DNA from: an uncultured delta proteobacterium
GTDB taxonomy: Bacteria > Myxococcota > Myxococcia > Myxococcales > Anaeromyxobacteraceae
Length of the DNA: 64,000 nt
Assembly: GCA_963845515.1 (NCBI GenBank)
Contig: CAWJSR010000057.1
Location: forward strand, 64,001 to 128,000
Direction: 5' to 3'
A model generated the notes under the pieces. The model ran no database searches. It was given only the letters and a program-made list of their open reading frames with translations, and had not been told where the DNA came from. Position 1 is the first letter of the stretch; each line of letters begins with the position of its first letter. This document shows, in pieces, positions 1 to 17,574 of the stretch. Both the position numbers and the translations under genes were made by a program.

Positions 1-224
1 GGCACGAAGATGGCCGCGGCGTCCGCCGCGGTCGCGCGCACGGCCTCTTCGACGCCGTGGAAGATCGGGACCGTCCTGAGGAAGCGTGTCCCTCCGCGCC
101 CTGGGGTGACCCCCGCCACGACCCGCGTGCCGTAGGCGATCATCTGCTCGGCGTGGAACGACCCGGCAGCGCCGGTGATCCCCTGGACGAGCACGCGGGT
201 CTCCCTGTCGACGAGGATGCTCAC
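1..224 (-). CDS. sucD: succinyl-CoA synthetase alpha subunit, N-terminal part (runs off window)
   Basis: Manual translation from GTG at 224: [45 protein letters not shown]; follows sucC. Confidence 0.93.
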   Translation of the reverse strand, partial: MSILVDRETRVLVQGITGAAGSFHAEQMIAYGTRVVAGVTPGRGGTRFLRTVPIFHGVEEAVRATAADAAAIFV

Positions 225-249
225 GCGTCCGCTCCCGCTCTCCGCATGC

Positions 250-1419
<1,170 letters not shown>

Positions 1420-1489
1420 GCAGCACCAGTGTAGCAGGCTGCCGAAGGTCGGAGGCTGGCAGTGGTGGCGTGCGGCCGCCGGTCGGCGG

Positions 1490-2434
<945 letters not shown>

Positions 2435-2466
2435 TTACCCTTCTGGGCGTGAGTGCGAGCCGCCAG

Positions 2467-3780
<1,314 letters not shown>

Positions 3781-3854
3781 TCCGTGGAACCCCGGGGGCT
3801 ATCGAGGAGGGATGAAGTGGACCTCGGCTATTACCACCCGCCCGTCCGAGGTGT

Positions 3855-4523
3855 CTAGCAATAGGCGCGCACTGCCCGGTAGTCGCAGAGCTGCACGCCG
3901 GCGACCACCACGGCACGCCGAACGGCCGGGGCGCAGAGCGCGGCCAGCTCGACCTCCCGCTCGACGCCGAAGGAGGTCCGCGCATGGCTCGGCCGGTACC
4001 CGGGGTGCGCCATCAGCTCGGTGGTCCCGTCGCCCAGCGTCGCGACGACCTCGGCCAGGCGGGCTTCGGTCCAGGCAGGGCGGAGCGCGGCGTCGCCCAG
4101 GAAGCGATCCACCGCGAGGACGCCCACGCGGCGGAGCGAGTCACGCGTCGCCGCGTCGATCGCCCTCACCGGGAGGCCGCGCTCGCGTGCCACGCGCGCG
4201 AAGGGTGCCAGGGCCGCGGACGCGACGTGAAGATGCTTGTGGCTGTCGAGGTGGGTCGGCGGCTCGCCGCGGAGCTCCTGGAAGCGCGCCAGCTGGTCCC
4301 GCAGCGCGCGCTCGACCTCACCCTCCGTCATGCCGGGCTCGAGGACCACGTGCAGGCCGATCCCGAGCGACCGCGGCGCCCGCCGAAGCGCGTCCTTGGA
4401 GAACGGGGTGGCGACCATCGCGGTCGCGCTGGTGACGATCCCCCGGGCGTGCGCCTCCAGGATGCCGCGGTCGATCTCGGGATCGTACCCGAGATCATCC
4501 GCGTTCACGACCAGGTGGCGCAC
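3855..4523 (-). CDS. YdjC/ChbG-family carbohydrate deacetylase
   Basis: VVNADDLG, GLHV, THLDSHKHLH, TELMAHPG motifs. Confidence 0.88.
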   Translation of the reverse strand: MRHLVVNADDLGYDPEIDRGILEAHARGIVTSATAMVATPFSKDALRRAPRSLGIGLHVVLEPGMTEGEVERALRDQLARFQELRGEPPTHLDSHKHLHVASAALAPFARVARERGLPVRAIDAATRDSLRRVGVLAVDRFLGDAALRPAWTEARLAEVVATLGDGTTELMAHPGYRPSHARTSFGVEREVELAALCAPAVRRAVVVAGVQLCDYRAVRAYC

Positions 4524-4543
4524 GGCGCTGCGGGCGCGGCGGG

Positions 4544-5223
4544 TCAGACCTTCGGCGGCGGCCGCGGCGTCACCGCGAGCACGCCGGCCGAGAAGTCGTA
4601 GATCGACTCCAGGCGGACGTTCCTGTAGCGCTCGAACTTGAACGCCATCCGCGAGAGGAGCGCCAGGAACGCCTTCACGTCGGGGCGGCCGGCGCGCCCA
4701 GCGGCCTTCCTGAGCCGCTTCACCTCAGCGATGATCGGCTTTCGCACCTCGGTGGGGTGGTAGATGTGCGCGCCCGAGAAGAGGAGCTGATCGCCGAACG
4801 GGAGCAGGCGCGCCTCGAGCAGGTCCCCCTTCTTCAACCCGGCGAGCTGGCGCCGCTCGGCGACGTCGTGGTCGACGTCGTCGAAGACGTCGCGCAGGAC
4901 GACGCGCCCCTCGGCGATCTTGCGGACCTCGAAGAGCCCGTGGACGTTCCCGGTCAGCCGCCGGTACGCCTCCAGGACGGCCGGCTCCATCTCGGTGCCG
5001 TTCGCCGCGATGAAGTTCTCGAGCGTCGACGTCTTCTGCCCGTTGGGCCGGTAGTCGTACAGGTAGTGATCGAGCATCCCGTTGACGCGGGGCTCGTAGG
5101 TCAGCTCGTCCTCACGCGGCTCGCCGTAGCGGGCGTAGTGCTCACCGCGGGCGGCCAGCAGATCCTGCGTCCGCAGCTCCGCGGTGGCCCACGCGAGGAG
5201 CCTCTCATGGAGCTCCTGGAGGG

Positions 5224-5227
<4 letters not shown>
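4544..5227 (-). CDS. hypothetical protein (227 aa)
   Basis: ATG overlaps the carA stop (ATGA at 5224-5227); protein-like sequence [15 protein letters not shown]... Confidence 0.8.
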
Positions 5228-6345
<1,118 letters not shown>

Positions 6346-6351
6346 CTTCCT

Positions 6352-7641
6352 TCACTTCTCCCCGTGGACGAGCTTGCCGCCCACGAACGCATGCGTGCAG
6401 CGACCGACGAGCCGCTTCGACTTCCACGGCGAGTTCCGGCTCTTCGAGAAGCCGACCGCCGGATCGTAGGTCCACTCCACGGTAGGGTCGAGCACCGCGA
6501 CGTCCCCGGGTGCCCCCTTTGCGAGGCTCCCGCCCGGCAGCCCGAGCGCGCGCGCCGGGCCGACGGTGAGGGCCTCGATGAGCCGCCCCTCGGTGAACGC
6601 GCCGGTCCGTGCCACCGCGAGGCACACCGCGAAGGCGGTCTCGAGGCCGATGATGCCGTTCGCGGCGACGTCGAACTCCAGCGCCTTCTCCACGTCGGAG
6701 TGCGGCGCGTGATCGGTCGCGATCGCGTCGAGGGTGCCGTCCGCCAACCCCTCGCGGCAGGCCTTGACGTCGTCCGCCGATCGGAGCGGCGGGTTCATCT
6801 TGAAGTCCGTGTCGTAGCCCGCGATCCCGACGTCCTCGTCGGTGAGGGCGAGGTGGTGCGGCGTGACCTCGGCCGAGACATGGAGCCCGCGCGCCTTCGC
6901 GTCACGCACCGCGCGGACGGAGCCCCGCGTGGAGACGTGCTGGACGTGGAGCCGTCCACCGGTCAGCTCGGCGAGGGCGATGTCCCGAAGCACCATCACC
7001 TCTTCCGCCGCGCCGGGGATCCCCTTCAGGCCGAGCCGGGTCGACGTCGGCCCCTCGTGCATGACGCCCTTGCCGACGAGCCCGAGATCCTCCTCGTGCA
7101 CCGCGACCGGGAGCTTGAACGCCCGGGCGTACTCGAGCGCGCGGCGCATCAGGGCCACCGACATGACCGGCTTCCCGTCGTCCGACAGCGCGACGCAGCC
7201 GGCGGACCTCAGCTCGCCGAACTCGGCCAGCTCCTCGCCTGCCTGCCCCTTCGAGATGCAGCCGACGGGGTAGACGCGCGCGGCGCCAGCCGCGGCCGCC
7301 CGGGCGAGCATCAGCTCGGTGATGCTCGTGTTGTCGTTCACCGGCTTGGTGTTCGGCATCGCGACGACGCTGGTGAACCCGCCGGCCACGGCCGCGCGCG
7401 CGCCCGTGGCGACGGTCTCCTTGTACTCCTGCCCCGGCTCCCGCAGGTGGCAGTGGAGATCTATGAAGCCCGGGGTCACCCACCTGCCCCTGGCGTCGAA
7501 GACCCGCGCGTCCTTCGGACGCTCGACGCGCTCTGCGACCTCGGCCACGACTCCGTCCTTGAGGACGATGGTGCGGACCCCGTCGACGCCGCTGGCCGGG
7601 TCGATCACGCGACCGCCCTCGATGAAGATCGTCTCGCTCAT
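6352..7641 (-). CDS. pyrC: dihydroorotase (multifunctional complex type)
   Basis: PGFIDLHCHLREPG, MPNT, EVTPHHL, KMNPPLR, ATDHAPH. Confidence 0.96.
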   Translation of the reverse strand: MSETIFIEGGRVIDPASGVDGVRTIVLKDGVVAEVAERVERPKDARVFDARGRWVTPGFIDLHCHLREPGQEYKETVATGARAAVAGGFTSVVAMPNTKPVNDNTSITELMLARAAAAGAARVYPVGCISKGQAGEELAEFGELRSAGCVALSDDGKPVMSVALMRRALEYARAFKLPVAVHEEDLGLVGKGVMHEGPTSTRLGLKGIPGAAEEVMVLRDIALAELTGGRLHVQHVSTRGSVRAVRDAKARGLHVSAEVTPHHLALTDEDVGIAGYDTDFKMNPPLRSADDVKACREGLADGTLDAIATDHAPHSDVEKALEFDVAANGIIGLETAFAVCLAVARTGAFTEGRLIEALTVGPARALGLPGGSLAKGAPGDVAVLDPTVEWTYDPAVGFSKSRNSPWKSKRLVGRCTHAFVGGKLVHGEK

Positions 7642-8594
7642 GCCTTGGCCTCGACGCCGACGCCCTCGCCGCTCGAGCCGCCGGCGAGGAGGTAGAGGAT
7701 CGCCATGCGGACGGCGACCCCGTTCTGGACCTGATCCAGGATGACGCTACGTCCCCCGTCCGCGACGTCCGGTGAGAGCTCGACGCCGCGATTGATCGGC
7801 CCGGGGTGGAGGACCACGCACGTGGGCTTGAGCCACTCCGCCGCCTTCTTGGCGTTGAGCCCCCAGTAGCGCGAGTACTCGCGGGTGTTCGGGATCAGCG
7901 GGTCGCCGATCCGCTCGTGCTGGATGCGGAGCATCATCACGGCGTCAGCGCCGTCGACCGCGTCCTTCAGGTCGTAGGCCACCGTCGCGCCCAGCTTCTC
8001 GATTCCAGCCGGCATCATCGTGGGCGGCCCGCAGAACCGGACCTTGGCGCCGAGCTTGGGCAGGCAGTGGACGGCGGAGCGCGCCACGCGCGAGTGGCTG
8101 ACGTCCCCGACGATGGTGACGACCTTCCCCTCGAGCGAGCCGAACCGCTCCCTCAGGGTGAAGGCGTCGAGGAGCCCCTGGCTCGGGTGCTCGTGCGCGC
8201 CGTCGCCGGCCGAGACCACGGCGCACCCGACGCTCTCCGACACGAGGCGCGGCGCGCCGCCAGACTGGTGCCGGATGACGATCACGTCCGGGCGCATCGC
8301 CTCGAGGTTCCTGACTGTGTCGACGAGCGTCTCGCCCTTGGTGACGGACGAGGAGCTCGACGTCCAGTTGAGCGCGTCGGCCGAGAGGATCTTCGCAGCG
8401 ATCTCGAACGAGCTGCGCGTCCGCGTCGACGCCTCGAAGAAGAGGTTGATGATCGACTTGCCCCGGAGGCTCGGCACCTTCTTGATGGGGCGGCGCAGGA
8501 CCTCCTTCATCGTCACCGCGAGATCGAGGACCTGCAGCAGCTCCTCGCGGGAGTACTCCGCCAGCGCGATGCAGTGCTTTTGACGTCCGATCAC
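7638..8594 (-). CDS. pyrB: aspartate carbamoyltransferase catalytic subunit
   Basis: FFEASTRTRSSFE, HEHPSQ, HPGPINRG, QVQNGVAVRMA. Confidence 0.97.
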   Translation of the reverse strand: MIGRQKHCIALAEYSREELLQVLDLAVTMKEVLRRPIKKVPSLRGKSIINLFFEASTRTRSSFEIAAKILSADALNWTSSSSSVTKGETLVDTVRNLEAMRPDVIVIRHQSGGAPRLVSESVGCAVVSAGDGAHEHPSQGLLDAFTLRERFGSLEGKVVTIVGDVSHSRVARSAVHCLPKLGAKVRFCGPPTMMPAGIEKLGATVAYDLKDAVDGADAVMMLRIQHERIGDPLIPNTREYSRYWGLNAKKAAEWLKPTCVVLHPGPINRGVELSPDVADGGRSVILDQVQNGVAVRMAILYLLAGGSSGEGVGVEAKA

Positions 8595-9142
8595 GTCCCC
8601 CTCCTCGGCTTGACCACCACCACGTCCTCTGGGACCCCGTCTTCCCTCAGCCGGACCTGGACGTCGTCGGACGCCGCGGCGTCCACGACCGCCCCCACGA
8701 AGTCGGCGGCGACGGGCAGCTCCCTGCCGCCGCGGTCGACGAGGACCGCCAGCCAGACGCGGCGCGGCCGCCCGAAGTCGACTAGCTCGTCGAGCGCCGC
8801 GCGGACGGTGCGCCCCGTGAAGAGCACGTCGTCGACCAGGACGACGGTCTTGCCGTCGAGCGGAAACCCGATCTCGGTGGGTCCGATGACCGGCGCCGCC
8901 CCGCGGGCGGAGAGGTCGTCCCTGTAGAGCGCGATGTCGAGCGTGCCTGCGGGCAGCTCCCGTCCAAGCGCCTTGCCGAGCTGCGCCCGCAGCCGCGCGG
9001 CGAGCCTGACCCCGCCGCGACGGACGGCCACGACCGCCAGCCCGTCCGCCTCGCCGGCGGACTGAGCGCGGGACAGTATCTCCGCGCTCAGCCTGGCGAC
9101 GCTCCGCTCCACCTCGTTCGACTTCAGCGCGATCCGTTCCAT
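8591..9142 (-). CDS. pyrR: bifunctional pyr regulator/uracil phosphoribosyltransferase PyrR
   Basis: LDIALYRDDL, VLVDDVLFTGRTVRAAL, VDRGGRELP; ATG at 9142 overlaps upstream stop (TGATG). Confidence 0.92.
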   Translation of the reverse strand: MERIALKSNEVERSVARLSAEILSRAQSAGEADGLAVVAVRRGGVRLAARLRAQLGKALGRELPAGTLDIALYRDDLSARGAAPVIGPTEIGFPLDGKTVVLVDDVLFTGRTVRAALDELVDFGRPRRVWLAVLVDRGGRELPVAADFVGAVVDAAASDDVQVRLREDGVPEDVVVVKPRRGT

Positions 9143-9618
9143 CACCGTTGAGGCCCCCAGTCTGGGATGACGAGCTCCTGGGACAGGTCGATCGATCCCA
9201 CCCACTCCGAGACCTTCTCAGTGTACGGGTATCGGATCTCGCGCACGTACTCGAACGCCACGCGGAGCGTCGGCGGCTGCGTGGACGCGTCGCGCTCCCA
9301 GGTCACGTCGGAGGGGAGCACGTTGATCGACGGGGCCTTCTCGGTCCTGCCGTCCTCGAGGACGACCTCGGTGGAGTCGAGGGCCCGAAGCTTCTGGCAG
9401 AGCTTCTCGACCAGCGCGACGTCGTCCCTGTTCTTGATCGCCTGGTTCATGTAGTCGCGCACGGCCTGCTTGGCCTCGTAATGCAGGACGTAGACGGGGG
9501 CCCAGACGATGGTCAGGTAGACCGCCACGGCAAGCGCCGCGAGGATGAGCAGGGTGACCCAGGAGACTCCGCCACGCTCGTACCGGCGCGGACGGTCGTT
9601 CGAGGAGTGGGGGGCCAT
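9142..9618 (-). CDS. membrane protein with pilin-like N-terminus, DUF4845-like
   Basis: ERGGVSWVTLLILAALAVAVY hydrophobic N-terminus; position downstream of lepA-lepB is typical of DUF4845 (inference). Confidence 0.6.
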   Translation of the reverse strand: MAPHSSNDRPRRYERGGVSWVTLLILAALAVAVYLTIVWAPVYVLHYEAKQAVRDYMNQAIKNRDDVALVEKLCQKLRALDSTEVVLEDGRTEKAPSINVLPSDVTWERDASTQPPTLRVAFEYVREIRYPYTEKVSEWVGSIDLSQELVIPDWGPQR

Positions 9619-9637
9619 TGAGGTCTCGCTTCTACCG

Positions 9638-10657
9638 TTACTCGACGACTTTGAAAAGGCGATCGAACCGGGGGCCCCGTGCTCCGCCGCCCCCGCCGCC
9701 CCTGCCCCAGTTCCAGGCCACCGCGACGGCCTTGCCCTTGATCCGTGAAAACGGGACCTGCCAGCCCCCGCCCTGCCGGCTGTCGGCCGACCGATCCCGG
9801 TTGTCACCCAGCACGAAGAGGTGACCAGGCCGGACGACCTCGAAGGGGCCTTCCTGGGCGCCCGCCCTGACACGCCTACACTGGAGGACGTCGTGCGCGC
9901 GCGCCCCGGCCGCGGCGGAGGCGGTCCAGCTCGCCTCGACGTCCACCGGCATCGCGCTGGCAGGCCGAGCGATGGTCCCCACCGCGATCCGCTCACGCTG
10001 GACCCGGCAGGTGTCGGTCCACCAGACTCCGGTCTCCTCGTTCAGCTCGTCGTAAGCCAGCTCGCCGGCAGGCTCTCGAGGCTGCGGCACCCCGTTGACG
10101 AGGAGCACCTGCTCGCGGATCTCCACCACGTCGCCGGGGAGCCCGACCACGCGCTTGACCCAGTCCTCGCGCAGTCCGCGCGGCCCTGACAGCACGACCA
10201 CGTCGCCTCGGCGGGGCAGCTCCCCGCCCAGCGGCCTGTAGCCGACGAACGGAAGCCTGAGGCCGTAGGCCGGCTTCCACACGAGGACGTTGTCCCCGGC
10301 CACGAGCGTGGGGACCATCGACCCCGAGGGGATCACGAGGGTCTCGACCACGCAGGCGCGGAGCCCCAGCGCCGCGACGGCGGCGGCCGCGAGCGGGATG
10401 CCGAAGCGCCGGAGGAGGCTGCGTCGCGTGAAGCCGAGGTGCTCGTCCCACAGCCCGTCGAGCCGCTGGAGCGCGCCGGAGAGCCGCTCGGAATCGTCCC
10501 CCTGGGCGGCGAGCTCGACCTCGGCCGCGGCCGCGTCGATCTTCTCCCGCGCTTCCCCGATCCGCTTCTTGTGGCGCCGGGCGACGCGCCTGGCGTCGCG
10601 CGCGAAGCCGACGGCCTCCCTGCGAACCCGCGCCGCCTTGCGCACCGCTCCGTACAC
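9638..10657 (-). CDS. lepB: signal peptidase I
   Basis: IPSGSMVPTL (catalytic Ser), WVKRVVGLPGD (Lys), FVLGDNRDRSADSR. Confidence 0.92.
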   Translation of the reverse strand: MYGAVRKAARVRREAVGFARDARRVARRHKKRIGEAREKIDAAAAEVELAAQGDDSERLSGALQRLDGLWDEHLGFTRRSLLRRFGIPLAAAAVAALGLRACVVETLVIPSGSMVPTLVAGDNVLVWKPAYGLRLPFVGYRPLGGELPRRGDVVVLSGPRGLREDWVKRVVGLPGDVVEIREQVLLVNGVPQPREPAGELAYDELNEETGVWWTDTCRVQRERIAVGTIARPASAMPVDVEASWTASAAAGARAHDVLQCRRVRAGAQEGPFEVVRPGHLFVLGDNRDRSADSRQGGGWQVPFSRIKGKAVAVAWNWGRGGGGGGARGPRFDRLFKVVE

Positions 10658-10667
10658 GGGACGCTCC

Positions 10668-12473
<1,806 letters not shown>

Positions 12474-12592
12474 GAGGTGCGGGGCTTTTAGCATGCGTCC
12501 GTGGTGAACGGCTACCCGCGGAGCCCCCAGCAGGAATGCTCCGGTCAAGCGATTTCTTCCCCCAACCGATATCGCCGCCGTAACCCCTTGAT

Positions 12593-12640
12593 CCGCCGTA
12601 TCTTGTGTGTCCCTGATGGGCACACCACCACAGATTGTGG
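12593..12640 (+). promoter_or_regulatory. tandem NrdR boxes
   Basis: CCGCCGTATCTTGTGT (12593-12608) and CCACCACAGATTGTGG (12625-12640), each 11/16 to ACACAATATATTGTGT, starts 32 bp apart, upstream of nrdJ. Confidence 0.75.
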
Positions 12641-12648
12641 TCTGGCGA

Positions 12649-12676
12649 TTGACTCCCGACGAAGCGCTGCTATTCT
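12649..12676 (+). promoter_or_regulatory. sigma70-type promoter of nrdJ
   Basis: TTGACT-16 nt-TATTCT with a TGn extended -10. Confidence 0.55.
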
Positions 12677-12905
12677 GCGCCCCACGCTTCGATATCGGGC
12701 GGGTGAGGGAGGCGGGACGGTGGGCGGGCGGCGGCGGGAACCTCGGGGCGTTTTCTCCAAAGTCAGATCGCCGCGCTAAACCTCTGGCCCATTTCGAGGG
12801 CCGGTCAGAGGTCTCATGTGCAAATCAAGGTCGCCGCCGGGTGCGGACGACCCCAGGGGACGTGTTTGTCCGCGGGCGGGGCCATGCGGGCGGAGGGTTA
12901 GGCGA

Positions 12906-15675
<2,770 letters not shown>

Positions 15676-15714
15676 GGATCGTCGGCGAGCGGCCTCGGCC
15701 GTGCTTGAATCACA

Positions 15715-15754
15715 CCTCTCCCCCGCCCCGGCGGGGGAGAGGCTGGTGAGGGGG
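15715..15754 (-). repeat. REP-like palindromic element
   Basis: Reverse complement CCCCTCACCAGCCTCTCCCCCGCCGGGGCGGGGGAGAGG; related copies at 17203 and 26220. Confidence 0.65.
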
Positions 15755-15761
15755 CTCGACC

Positions 15762-15835
15762 TTGGCCTGGCGGATTGCGCTGACCGAGACCGCGGTGAGG
15801 CAACTCGACAAGGACGACGCGCAGCGCCGCCCGTC
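15762..15835 (+). pseudogene. RelE/StbE-type toxin N-terminal remnant
   Basis: TTG-start MAWRIALTETAVRQLDK-DDAQRR resembles RelE N-termini; overlapping frame reads DLGLAD like a cognate antitoxin C-terminus. Confidence 0.5.
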
Positions 15836-16425
15836 TAGCGCCGTGAACCCAGCTCGAGTCGCACGAGCCCCAGGCTCAGCGCGCCGGTGGGGCAGGCTCC
15901 AACGCACTGCAGGCAGCGCGAGCAGGAGTAGTGCGCCGACGCGTTGGCCTTCTCGCCGAGATGGAGGCTGTTGCCGGGGGCGAGCTGCGCGACGTAGCAC
16001 GCCTTGTCGCACCGGCTGCAGTGGGTGCAGAGGGAAGGCTCGACGCGGACCCGCCAGACGCTGACCCGGTTCAGCAGCCCCTGCACCCAGGAGATCGGGC
16101 AGCCCAGCTTGAAGTAGCCGTAGAGCGCGCGCTGGCGGCCGTCCGGGTCGTTCATGCCCATGAGCGTCTCCATCACCGCGCCCATCGGGCACATCCAGCG
16201 GCAGAAGAACTTCCCGAGGACGACCCCCGACAGCGAGCCGGCCACGATGAGCGTGGTGAGGGTCGTGTAGCCGTTGGAGACGGCGATCCAGAGCGCAGCG
16301 CCCACGGAGATCTGGACCAGGCGCCGGACCGACACGAACCGCTGCAGAAGGGTTGGCCCGCGCTTCACAGCGGCAACGATGGCGTCCTTCGCTGCGTTCC
16401 TGCCCTCTCGCGATCTCTGTCCCAT
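15835..16425 (-). CDS. 4Fe-4S binding membrane protein (NapH/MauN/YccM-like)
   Basis: GKFFCRWMCPMG, GCPISW, CTHCSRCDKAC and CSRCLQCVGACP ferredoxin motifs after two hydrophobic segments. Confidence 0.88.
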   Translation of the reverse strand: MGQRSREGRNAAKDAIVAAVKRGPTLLQRFVSVRRLVQISVGAALWIAVSNGYTTLTTLIVAGSLSGVVLGKFFCRWMCPMGAVMETLMGMNDPDGRQRALYGYFKLGCPISWVQGLLNRVSVWRVRVEPSLCTHCSRCDKACYVAQLAPGNSLHLGEKANASAHYSCSRCLQCVGACPTGALSLGLVRLELGSRR

Positions 16426-16530
16426 GGCGTGGGCGGTGGGAGCCGAGGGGCGGCGGAGCGGTTCGCAAGCAAGGTGCGTGGTACGCACGACGTCAGTTGG
16501 ACTTTGAGCAGTCCAATCCGAAAATCGTCT

Positions 16531-16872
16531 TCAAGTGATCGTTCGGATCGCCCATCCACCCTCTTCTGCGAGATCCACGCACTGGGCCTTGGTTGATGCG
16601 AACTTGCGGGCACCAGTCGGGAGGACATCTAGGTACACGAAGACGGCACACCCCTTCTTCGCGCGGGGGTTCTCTTGCCACGCGAGTCGCTCGTAGGATT
16701 CTCCTTCCTTCCGTACATCCGGGGGGCGCACACCGCTGAACGCCGCCCTCACCTCAGCGCGCGACATCCCACATCGAAGCGTCTTTGCCGCCGCGATGAT
16801 GGGTTCGAGTTGACTGGTTGGCTGAGGTGCCAGGGAGAGAGACGCCGTCAGAATCAGCCAATGAGCTTCCAT
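16531..16872 (-). CDS. orphan secreted hypothetical protein
   Basis: MEAHWLILTASLSLAP signal-like N-terminus; locally lower GC and atypical codons. Confidence 0.45.
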   Translation of the reverse strand: MEAHWLILTASLSLAPQPTSQLEPIIAAAKTLRCGMSRAEVRAAFSGVRPPDVRKEGESYERLAWQENPRAKKGCAVFVYLDVLPTGARKFASTKAQCVDLAEEGGWAIRTIT

Positions 16873-17202
16873 AACGACCATCATGCTGTCCGATGTAACC
16901 GGCGGCGGCAAGCGGCAGGAGGAGGAGCGTGCTCCCCTCTCCACGTCGGCCCGCCGCCGCCCAGGGCGTGCCGGGCGGGTGGGCCCCGGCCTGGAGCGAG
17001 CGGGGCGGCGCCCAGCGGTGTTTGGCGCGAGCCGGGTCCTGGCACGGCGAGGTGACGCCACCAGCGAACGACGGGTGAGCGTGCGTCGCCCGACGCCATG
17101 GGAAGACTGCTGAGCAAGGAGGACCGGTCGGCGAGTGAAGCCCGGGGGGTATCCGCCCGGACGCCCCAAGGCGGCGGGCCGACGCCATGGTGCCTGGCTG
17201 CT

Positions 17203-17251
17203 CCCTCACCCTGGCCCTTCATAGGATCTCTCCCTCGATGAGGGCGAGGGG
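17203..17251 (+). repeat. degenerate REP-like element
   Basis: CCCTCACCCTGGCCCT...CTCTCCCTCGATGAGGGCGAGGGG, similar to the 26220-26263 copy. Confidence 0.5.
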
Positions 17252-17357
17252 ACGTTACCGAGGGGAGACCCTCTCGCTTCTCGACGGCCTGCTGATATGG
17301 TTGGACCCGTCAACAGGTCGGCTCGTCGTTCGCGGGGTCGGCCTCTTCTTTCTGGAC

Positions 17358-17562
17358 TCGGACGGCCAAGGCGACGGACGAGGCGGTGCTTAGAGCGACG
17401 GCGGATCAGCCTGATATTCGCGGGTTGGTTACCGCATGACCTGAATCCGTCGGGGGCTGCCTCGGTCTAGTGGCGAGCGTCGGGTCCGATGGAGCCTGCC
17501 CATAGCAGGCGCGAGGATTCCCCTTTGGCCGGGCCCGCTCGTCCGTCGCCTTCGCCGTCCGA
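17358..17562 (-). ncRNA. putative bridge/seek RNA of the IS110 element
   Basis: 25-bp outer stem (17358-17382/17538-17562) encloses two internal-loop hairpins; loop 1 carries GCCUGCUA and CCACUAG matching the insertion target, loop 2 carries AUAUCAG matching the element end. Confidence 0.75.
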
Positions 17563-17574
17563 AAGCCGTTCGAG

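Noticed and set aside
12680..12905. Cobalamin riboswitch upstream of nrdJ
   Set aside because: B12-box and the conserved GCCACTG / CCCGCAACTGT elements were not found
16490..16920. Integron cassette (attC-flanked orphan ORF)
   Set aside because: No convincing RYYYAAC...GTTRRRY paired boxes and no integrase in the window
17100..17180. Group II intron 3' end or second IS end remnant
   Set aside because: Only a vague resemblance; no domain V or terminal motifs identifiable
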